A stretch of 64,000 nucleotides of DNA from an uncultured Acidobacteriota bacterium (GTDB lineage Bacteria; Acidobacteriota; Thermoanaerobaculia; Multivoradales; UBA5704). A model generated the notes under the pieces. It worked only from the letters and a program-made list of their open reading frames with translations, was not told where the DNA came from and did not search any database. Shown here in pieces: positions 56,775-64,000 of this stretch (its first letter is position 1; each line of letters begins with the position of its first letter). The DNA lies in contig OY969474.1 in NCBI GenBank assembly GCA_963700145.1, forward strand, positions 4,192,001 to 4,256,000. Direction: 5' to 3'. The position numbers and the translations under genes were made by a program.

Positions 56775-58922
56775 GTGCGCGCGCCGATCGCCCGGCTCGC
56801 CCTCCTCCTCGCGCTCCTCGTCCCGCTCGCGCCGGCGGCGTCGCCCGCCCAGGAGGGGCGCTTCGGCGAGACGGCGTCCGTCGTCGTCGTCGAGGTGCCG
56901 GTCCAGGTCACCAAGGACGGGAAGCCCGTGCGCGGCCTGACGGCCGAGAGCTTCGAGGTCTTCGACGGCAAGACGAAGCAGCGGATCACCGGCTTCGAGG
57001 TGATCGACCTGGCGGCGCTGGGGGTCGCGGGCACCGCCGCCGGCACCCAACCGCCGCCGCCCGCGCCCGCCCTGCCGCTCGCCGCCCGCCGCCACTTCCT
57101 CTTCCTCTTCGACCTCACCTTCGCGCAGCCCAAGTCGATCCTGCAGGCGCGCAAGGCGGCGCTCGGGCTGCTGCGGACCGGCCTGCACCCGACCGACTTC
57201 GCGGCGGTCGCCACGTACGGCGTCAGCACCGGCTCCGACCTGGTGCTCGGCTTCACCGCCGACCACGCGCAGGTGGAGGCGGCGATCCACTCGCTCGGGC
57301 TGCCGCAGCTCCTCGAGCGCACCGGCGACCCGCTCCGGCTGCTGATCGCCGACATCAACGCTGAAAAAGGGCTCGGCACCCTCCCGCCGGACATGCCCCA
57401 GGAAGCGCTGCAGGACACCGTGGAGGGGGCGCACTTCGAGGAGATCCAGCGCCTCGCCGACGCGAACTACCGCCGCTCGCTGGAGAACCTGGTGAGCTCC
57501 GCGACGAGCTCCCTCGCCGAGCTGGCGCAGACGATGGCCGTGGTGGACGGCCGCAAGTTCGTCGTCTATCTCTCCGAGGGGTTCCAGGCGAGCGCCGCGA
57601 CCGGCAAGGGCATGGACGCCGGCACCGCGGCGCTGGCGGCCTCGGGCGCGGTGTGGACGGTGGACAACGCCAAGGTCTACGGCAGCGCCCGCGTCCAGGC
57701 CGACGTGGCGAACATGCTGGAGAGCTTCCGCCGCGCCGACTGCGTGATCCAGGCGGTGGACATCGGCGGCGTGCGCACCGCCGGCGTCGAGGCGGCGACC
57801 GAGCTGCGCTCGGACGCCGAGGTCGTCGACACCGGCCGCGACTCGCTCCTCACCATGGCCCACTACACGGGCGGCGAGCTCTACGAGCGCTTCAACGACC
57901 TCTCGGCGGCGATGGGGAAGATGCTCGAGCGGACGAGCGTCACTTACCTCCTCGCCTTCCAGCCGGAAGGGCTGGCCCACGACGGCGCCTTCCACGACCT
58001 CCAGGTGCGGTTGAAGGGCGGGCCGCGCGGCGCGAAGGTCCACCACCGCGCCGGCTACTTCGCCCCCGACCCCCGCCGCCCGGCGAACCCGCTGGAGCAG
58101 CGGCTGAGGGCCGCGGCCGACATCCTGAGCGGCGAGGAAGGCGGCGACCTGCCGGTCGCGGCGCTCGCCGTGCAGCTGCCCTCGGGCGCCCTGCCGCTGC
58201 TGCTCGAAGTGGACGGGCCGGCGCTGCTCGCCGGCGGCAGCGGGCCGCCGGCGCTGGAGATCTACGCCTACGCCCTCGACGCACAGCAGGCGGTGCGCGG
58301 CTTCCTGAGTCAGCGCGTGGACCTCGACCTGGCGCAGGTCGAGGCGGCGCTGCGCGCCGGCGGCCTCAAGTTCTACGGCGAGCTGGCGCTGCCGCCGGGC
58401 GCTTACACGGTGCGGCTCCTGGTGCGCAGCCTGCCGGGCGGCGCCCAGGTCCTCCGCTCGCTGCCGGTCGAGGTGCCCGCGGCGGGCGCCGGGCCGATGG
58501 TGTCGCCGCCTCTCTTCCCGGCGGCGGAGACGGGCTGGCTCCTCACCCGGCAGGCCGAGCGTCCCGGCGCGCCGCCGCGCGAGTACCCCTTCACCCTCGC
58601 CGGCCGGCCGTTCGTGCCCGAGGCGCGGCCGGTCGTCGCCGCGGCGGGCGAGGCGCGCGTCGCGCTCCTCGCCTACAACCTCGGGAGCGCCGCCGTGGCG
58701 CGCGCCGAGGTGCTGCGCGCCGGCGACGGCAAGCCGGCGGCAGGCGGCGGCTTCCGCCTCCTCGACCGCCAGCGCGGCGAAGGCGGCGCGCCCGACCGGC
58801 TGGTCGGGGTCCTGACCGCGCGCGGCCTGCCGCCAGGCGAGTACCTGCTGCGCGTCACCGTCACCGACCGCGCCAGCGGCGCCACGCATTCGAGCGCCGC
58901 GTCCTTCGTAGTGAAAGGATAG
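56775..58922 (+). CDS. Secreted VWA-domain protein, paralog 5
   Basis: Intact 715-aa ORF with all conserved blocks. Confidence 0.9.
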   Translation: MRAPIARLALLLALLVPLAPAASPAQEGRFGETASVVVVEVPVQVTKDGKPVRGLTAESFEVFDGKTKQRITGFEVIDLAALGVAGTAAGTQPPPPAPALPLAARRHFLFLFDLTFAQPKSILQARKAALGLLRTGLHPTDFAAVATYGVSTGSDLVLGFTADHAQVEAAIHSLGLPQLLERTGDPLRLLIADINAEKGLGTLPPDMPQEALQDTVEGAHFEEIQRLADANYRRSLENLVSSATSSLAELAQTMAVVDGRKFVVYLSEGFQASAATGKGMDAGTAALAASGAVWTVDNAKVYGSARVQADVANMLESFRRADCVIQAVDIGGVRTAGVEAATELRSDAEVVDTGRDSLLTMAHYTGGELYERFNDLSAAMGKMLERTSVTYLLAFQPEGLAHDGAFHDLQVRLKGGPRGAKVHHRAGYFAPDPRRPANPLEQRLRAAADILSGEEGGDLPVAALAVQLPSGALPLLLEVDGPALLAGGSGPPALEIYAYALDAQQAVRGFLSQRVDLDLAQVEAALRAGGLKFYGELALPPGAYTVRLLVRSLPGGAQVLRSLPVEVPAAGAGPMVSPPLFPAAETGWLLTRQAERPGAPPREYPFTLAGRPFVPEARPVVAAAGEARVALLAYNLGSAAVARAEVLRAGDGKPAAGGGFRLLDRQRGEGGAPDRLVGVLTARGLPPGEYLLRVTVTDRASGATHSSAASFVVKG

Positions 58923-58926
58923 GGCG

Positions 58927-61107
58927 ATGCAGCGCAGGCCCGTCCTGCTCGCCCTCCTCGCCGCGGTCGCCGGCGTCCTCGCCGCCGGCCTGCCCGCCCA
59001 GGAAGGACGCTTCGGCGAGACGGCGTCGGTCGTCGTCGTCGAGGTGCCGGTCAACGTCACCAAAGGCGGCCGGCCGGTGCGCGGTCTGACGGCCGAGGAC
59101 TTCGAGGTCTTCGACGGCAAGACGAAGCAGCGCCTCACCGGCTTCGAGGTCGTCGACCTCGGGCGCTCAGCAGGCCGCGGCCTCGCCGCGCGCGCTCCCG
59201 CTCGCCGCCCGCCGCCACTTCCTCTTCCTCTTCGATCTCACCTTCGCGCAGCCGAAGTCGATCGTCCGGGCGCGCGAGGCGGCGCTCGGCCTGGTGCGGA
59301 GCGGCCTCCATCCGACCGACCTCGCGGCCGTCGCCACCTACGGCGCGAACCGCGGCACCGAGCTGGTCCTCGGCTTCACCGCCGACCGCGCGCAGGTGGA
59401 GGCGGCGATCGAGACGCTTGGCCTGCCGCAGCTCCTCGCCCGCGGCCCCGACCCGCTGCGGCTGGTGGTGAAAGAGGCGCAGGCGATGGCGCTGCTGGGG
59501 TCCGGCGAGCGGGCGGGGGGAGGTGGGGAGGCGGCGGCGGGTGAGCGCTTTGAGAGGAAGCAATTCTTCCTCGACGAGGTGGAGGCGCACCTCGAGGAGC
59601 TGCAGCAGTTGAGCGCCGTGCAGGACCGGCGGGCGCTGCAAAACCAGGTGGTGGCGCTCACCCGGTCCTTCGCCGAGCTGGCGCAGATGATGGCGTCGGT
59701 GGACGGCAGGAAGCACGTCGTCTACCTCTCCGAGGGGTTTCAGGCGAGCACCGCCACCGGCCGCGGCAGCGACGCGGAGACCGCGGAGGCCGTGGAGCAC
59801 GGCGAGATTTGGAAGGCGGAGACCGAGAAGCTCTATGGCAGCTCGCGGGTGCAGGGCGACGTCGAGCGCATGCTCGAGGCCTTCCGGCGCGGCGACTGCG
59901 TGGTCCAGGCCGTGGACATCGGCGGCGCGCGGACCGCCGGGCCCGACGCCGCGACCGAGCTGGCGAGCGACGCCGCGGCGCAGGGCGACGGCCGGGACGT
60001 CCTGCTCACCATGGCGCACGACACCGGCGGCGAGCTCTACCAGAACACCAACGACCTCTCGGCCGCGATGGCCGCGATGCTCGAGCGGACCGCGGTCACC
60101 TACCTCCTCGCCTTCCAGCCCGAGGCGCTGCCGCACGACGGCACCTTCCGTCCCCTCAAGGTGCGGCTCAAGGGGGGGCCGCGCGGCGCCCAGGTCTCCC
60201 ACCGCGCCGGCTACTACGCGCCCGACCCGGCGCGCGTCGCGCTGCCGCTCGAGCGGACCCTGCTGACGGCGGCGGAGATCCTGGGCGACGAGGAGGGCGG
60301 CAGCCTGCCGATCGCGGCGCTCGCCGTGCCGCTGCCGGGGGGCGCGCTGCCGCTGCTCGTCGAGATCGAGGGCCCGGCCCTCCTCTTCGGGCACCAGGGG
60401 GAGGCCCTCGAGGTCGAGATCTACGCCTACGCGCTGGACGGCGCCGGGGCGGTGCGCGGGTTCCTCACCCAACGCGTGAACCTCGACCTGGCGAAGGTGC
60501 GCGAGACGCTCGGCGCCGGCGGGCTCAAGTTCTACGGCGGCCTGGCGCTGCCGCCGGGCTCTTACACGGTGCGCCTGCTGGTACGCAACGCCCAGAGCGG
60601 GGCCCGGGCGCTCCGCTCGCTGGCGGTCGAAGTGCCGGCGGCCGGCGCGGAGCCCGGCGCGGCCGCGGCGGCGCCGTTCCTCTGCCGCCGCTCTTCGCCG
60701 ACGCCGCCGGGCGGTGGATCGTGGCGCGCGAGCAGCGCGGCGAGGAGGAGACCTTGCCGCCCGATCCGTTCCTGAGCGGCGGCGCGCCCTTCCTTCCGGC
60801 GGTGCGGCCCGTCCTCGCCGCCGGCGCCGAGGCGCCGGTGACGGTCCTCGTCTCCAACCTGGCCGCGGAGCAGGCCCAGGTGCGCGCCAAGGTCCTCGAC
60901 GCCGCCGGCCGGGAGGTTGCCGGCGGCAAGCTCCGCATCGCCGCCTGGCGGCGCGGCGCGGCCGGCGCGCTCGGCCGCATGGAGGGGAGCTTCGCCACCG
61001 CCGGCCTGCCGCCAGGGGAGTACGTGCTGCGGGTCACCGTCACCGACCCCGCGAGCGGCGCGGCGCAGTCGAGCACGGCCGCCTTCGTGGTCGCGGCGGC
61101 CGGCTGA
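58927..61107 (+). pseudogene. VWA-domain protein, paralog 6, two apparent frameshifts (real or assembly error)
   Basis: Pieces are in ORFs 58927..59544, 59294..60775 and 59809..61107; shifts near 59160-59200 and near 60680. Confidence 0.8.
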
Positions 61108-61118
61108 TTCAACCGTTC

Positions 61119-62318
61119 ATGGCGGGCGAGCTGCTCGTCCGGGTCAAGCCCGGGCGCGACAAGGCGCTGCGGCAGGGGCACCCCTGGCTCTTCTCGGGCG
61201 CGATCGCTGGCGTCGAGGGGGACGAGAACGCGCCGCTGGCGCGGGTGGTGGACGCCGCCGGCCGGCCGCTCGGCACCGGCTTCTGGAGCCCGCGCTCGCA
61301 GATCCGGGTGCGCCTGCTGGCCGCCCCCGGCGAGACGGTGGACCGCCACCTCTTCGCCGCCCGCCTGGCCGAGGCGCTGGCGCTGCGCCAGGCGGTGCTG
61401 CCGCCCGACACCACCGGCTGGCGCGTCCTCAACGCCGAAGGGGACGGCGTCCCCGGCTGGACGGTGGACCGCTTCGGCGACACCCTGGTCTCCCAGATCA
61501 CGGTCGCCGGCCTGGAGGCGCTGCGCGACGAGGCCTACGCCGCCCTCGCCGCGGCGTTCCCCGGCGCCAACGTCCTCCAGTCCAACGCCGCGCCCGCCCG
61601 CCGCGGCGAGGGGCTGCCGGCCGAGGACGCGGTCGTCGCCGGCGACCCGCCGGCGGACGCCCTGTTCACCGAGTCCGGCCTCACATTCACCGCCGACCTC
61701 GCGGCCGGGCAGAAGACCGGCTTCTACTGCGACCAGCGCGACAACCGCCGCCTCGCCGAGCGGCTGGCCGGCGGCCGCGGCGTCCTCGACCTCTTCGCCC
61801 ACAGCGGCGCCTTCGGCCTCTACGCCCTGCGCGGCGGTGCCGAGCGGGTGGTGCACGTCGAGTCCTCGACCAAGCTCATCGAGCGCGGCCGCCGGCACTA
61901 CGCGCTCAACGGCCTGGAGACGGCGGAGGCCGAGGGCCGCGTCGAGTGGGTGCGCGCCAACGTCTTCGAGGAGCTGCGGCGGCGGAGCGACCGCTTCGGC
62001 ATGGTCGTCTGCGACCCGCCGCCGCTGGTGCGCCGGCGCGCCGACTTGGCCGCCGGCGCCCGCGCTTACAAGGACTTGAACCGTCTGGCGCTTGGGCTCC
62101 TGGCGCCCGGCGGCCTGCTCATGACCTTCACGTGCAGCGGCGCGGTGGACGCCAAGCTCTTCCGCCAGATCCTCTTCGCCGCCGCCGTCGAGGCCCGCGT
62201 CCGCCTCGCCCTGCTCGCCCCGCTCGCCGCCGCCCCCGATCATCCGGTGGCGGTCACCCACCCGGAAGGCGAGTACCTGCACGGCTGGCTGGCGATGGCG
62301 CGCGGGTCGATGGTATAG
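61119..62318 (+). CDS. rlmI: RlmI-like class I SAM-dependent rRNA m5C methyltransferase
   Basis: GHPWLFSG (PUA), NAEGDGVPG..VDRFG, GQKTGFYCDQRDNR, VLDLFAHSGAFG, VCDPP, DHPV....PEGEYL. Confidence 0.88.
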   Translation: MAGELLVRVKPGRDKALRQGHPWLFSGAIAGVEGDENAPLARVVDAAGRPLGTGFWSPRSQIRVRLLAAPGETVDRHLFAARLAEALALRQAVLPPDTTGWRVLNAEGDGVPGWTVDRFGDTLVSQITVAGLEALRDEAYAALAAAFPGANVLQSNAAPARRGEGLPAEDAVVAGDPPADALFTESGLTFTADLAAGQKTGFYCDQRDNRRLAERLAGGRGVLDLFAHSGAFGLYALRGGAERVVHVESSTKLIERGRRHYALNGLETAEAEGRVEWVRANVFEELRRRSDRFGMVVCDPPPLVRRRADLAAGARAYKDLNRLALGLLAPGGLLMTFTCSGAVDAKLFRQILFAAAVEARVRLALLAPLAAAPDHPVAVTHPEGEYLHGWLAMARGSMV

Positions 62319-62361
62319 GGCAAGCTTCAGCGTACGATTGGCCGAGTAGGAGGTGCACGCC

Positions 62362-62730
62362 ATGCACGGAGCTCGGATCGGTTGTGCGGCTTTCCTGTTG
62401 GCGGTGTTGGCGGGGTGCGCCAGCGGTGGCGCTGGAGTCGATCCCGCGTCGGTGCGCGTCGTCGAGGGCTACGACCAGGAGGCGGGGCTGGAGCACTCCT
62501 TCGCGCTGCCGACGAAGATGGACGGCTGCGAGTACCTCGGCCGCGTCCGGACGCAGACTGCGTCCGTTGCGGGAAGCGAGGCGGCGCAGGTCCTCCTCGA
62601 GAAGCTCAAGATCAACGCTGCGCGCAAGGGTGCCGATACGGTGGTCGTCCTGCCGGCCGGGCATGCCTACACCGCGGCCTCCGGGACCTCGATGCAAGGC
62701 AGCGCCTTCCGCTGCGGCAGCCCTCCGTAG
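62362..62730 (+). CDS. Small lipoprotein (DUF4156-like)
   Basis: AGGAGG RBS; lipobox LAGC; CEYLG.V...LKINAARKGADTVV...GSAFRC. Confidence 0.7.
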   Translation: MHGARIGCAAFLLAVLAGCASGGAGVDPASVRVVEGYDQEAGLEHSFALPTKMDGCEYLGRVRTQTASVAGSEAAQVLLEKLKINAARKGADTVVVLPAGHAYTAASGTSMQGSAFRCGSPP

Positions 62731-62780
62731 TAATCCGCGGCCCGGCTCCAGACGCGGGAATGGGGGCACGGCGGATCGCG

Positions 62781-62809
62781 TTGACACCCGGGCGCCCCTT
62801 TGCTACCCT
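62781..62809 (+). promoter_or_regulatory. sigma70 promoter TTGACA-N17-TACCCT (extended TG) for the tRNA-Val/thrS unit
   Basis: Perfect -35, 17-nt spacer, TGnTAnnnT, upstream of the tRNAs. Confidence 0.7.
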
Positions 62810-62849
62810 CCCTCTTTCCCTGGCGGCGAAGGTGCCGTGGGCAGGACAA

Positions 62850-62926
62850 AGGCCCGTAGCTCAGTTGGTTAGAGCGCTACGTTGACATCGTAGAGGTCAG
62901 CGGTTCAAGTCCGCTCGGGCCTACCA
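62850..62926 (+). tRNA. tRNA-Val(GAC)
   Basis: Acceptor AGGCCCG/CGGGCCT, anticodon arm CTACG-TTGACAT-CGTAG, GGTTCAAGTCC, encoded CCA. Confidence 0.97.
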
Positions 62927-62980
62927 TTTCGAGATCCAGAACGCGGCGATTCGAGGTCCACAACGCACTTCCGCATGTAC

Positions 62981-63057
62981 AGGCGCTTAGCTCAGCTGGT
63001 TAGAGCGCTACCTTCACACGGTAGAGGTCAGCGGTTCGAGTCCGCTAGCGCCTACCA
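62981..63057 (+). tRNA. tRNA-Val(CAC)
   Basis: Acceptor AGGCGCT/AGCGCCT, anticodon arm CTACC-TTCACAC-GGTAG, GGTTCGAGTCC, encoded CCA. Confidence 0.97.
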
Positions 63058-63134
63058 GACCCACCGCCCGTGAGCCGCGGCGCGGCGGGCCTCCCGCCCG
63101 CATCTCGTTTGCTCCGAACCTTGCTTTTCTCTTG

Positions 63135-64000
63135 ATGGACCCACACGAGGTGATCCACCTCACGCTGCCCGACGGCTCGGAGCGGGCCGTGCGCCGCGGC
63201 GCGACGCCGCTCGAAGTCGCCGCCGGCATCGGCCGCCGCCTCGCCGCCGACGCCGTCGGCGCCGAGCTCGACGGCGAGAAGGTGGACCTGCGCGCGCCGC
63301 TCGACCGCGGCGGCTCCTTCCGCGTCTTCACCGCCAAGAGCCCGGAGGCCGGCGAGTTCATCCGCCACAGCGCCGAGCACGTGCTGGCCGACGCCGTCAA
63401 GCGCCTCTGGCCGGAGACCGAGATCGACGTCGGGCGCAAGGACCACGCCGAGAAGTTCCAGTACGACTTCCGCTTCCCGCGCCCCTTCACGCCCGAGGAC
63501 CTCGAGCGGATCGAGGCGACGATGCGCGAGATCGTCGCCGAGGGGGCGGAGCTCCAGCGCATCGAGGTCTCGCGCGCCGACGCCGAGCGCACCTTCCGCG
63601 AGATGGGCGAGGGCTTGAAGGTCGAGCGCCTGAAGGACATCCCCGACGGCGAGCCGATCACCCTCTACCGCCACGGCGCCTTCACCGACCTCTGCCGCGG
63701 CCCGCATGCGCAGCGGACGTCGCAGATCGGCGCCGTCAAGCTCCTGGAGTCCTCGGCCGTCTACTGGAAGGGCGACGAGGCCAACGAGCGCCTGCAGCGC
63801 ATCTACGGCACCGCCTTCGCGAGCCCGGCCGAGCTCGAGCAGTGGCTCGAGCAGGCCGAGCAGGCGCGGGCGCGCGACCACCGGCGCCTGGGCCCCGAGC
63901 TCGACCTCTTCAGCTTCCACCCGGCGGCGCCGGCGAGCCCGTTCTTCCACCCCAAGGGGACGATCGTCTACAACGCCCTGGTGGGGCTGATCCGCGAGCT
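63135..64000 (+). CDS. thrS: Threonine--tRNA ligase, 3'-truncated by the window end (absent from the ORF track)
   Basis: Manual translation: IHLTLPDGS (TGS), IRHSAEHVLADAV, FTDLCRGPH, YWKGDEANERLQRIYGTAF, RDHRRLG.ELDLF, PFFHPKG. Confidence 0.95.
   Translation, partial: MDPHEVIHLTLPDGSERAVRRGATPLEVAAGIGRRLAADAVGAELDGEKVDLRAPLDRGGSFRVFTAKSPEAGEFIRHSAEHVLADAVKRLWPETEIDVGRKDHAEKFQYDFRFPRPFTPEDLERIEATMREIVAEGAELQRIEVSRADAERTFREMGEGLKVERLKDIPDGEPITLYRHGAFTDLCRGPHAQRTSQIGAVKLLESSAVYWKGDEANERLQRIYGTAFASPAELEQWLEQAEQARARDHRRLGPELDLFSFHPAAPASPFFHPKGTIVYNALVGLIRE

Noticed and set aside
48079-61107. Diversity-generating retroelement or invertase shufflon driving VWA variation
   Set aside because: No reverse transcriptase or recombinase, no adenine-specific TR/VR pair and no inverted cassettes were seen
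62850-63057. Prophage or island integrated at tRNA-Val
   Set aside because: No integrase or duplicated tRNA 3' fragment was seen; both tRNAs are complete with different anticodons
63058-63134. T-box or tRNA-mimic operator in the thrS leader
   Set aside because: The leader is too short for a T-box and shows only a generic GC hairpin
1994-63990. Many long alternative-frame or antisense ORFs (e.g. 8053..10752, 23866..27489, 32094..35690, 39127..42261, 63045..63950)
   Set aside because: They are Arg/Pro/Gly-rich shadow ORFs expected at very high GC and overlap genes with clear family motifs

Overview
This is a very GC-rich bacterial window. Gene content points to Acidobacteriota, probably Thermoanaerobaculia-like; this is inferred from gene families, not from a marker gene. 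Housekeeping genes are hbd, iorAB, proS, an rlmI-like methyltransferase, two tRNA-Val genes and a partial thrS. An ECF sigma/anti-sigma/bactofilin-like membrane protein module sits at 4.8-7.0 kb. Three small toxin-antitoxin islets lie at 1-1.9 kb, 11.7-12.8 kb (flanked by a perfect 23-bp direct repeat) and 45.7-47.6 kb. The dominant feature is a roughly 39-kb cell-envelope locus (22.2-61.1 kb) made almost entirely of exported or membrane proteins of unknown function. It contains a sigma54-promoter-driven TonB-dependent receptor, three CRTAC1/ASPIC-UnbV proteins, two sulfatase-fold+TPR proteins with TLPSH in place of the CxPxR motif, several TPR proteins, a GT-C glycosyltransferase+TPR, a non-canonical pentein-fold lipoprotein, a transglutaminase-like TPR lipoprotein, DUF3179, and six tandem secreted VWA-domain paralogs. 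Non-coding structure includes a GTAG-type REP family with compensatory stem changes (one REP pair lies in frame inside a signal peptide), an 11-unit 21-bp phased palindromic array, and a roughly 170-nt stem-loop element at the centre of a strand-asymmetric C-depleted zone. Several frameshifts may be long-read assembly errors. All family assignments come from motif recognition by eye; no searches were run.
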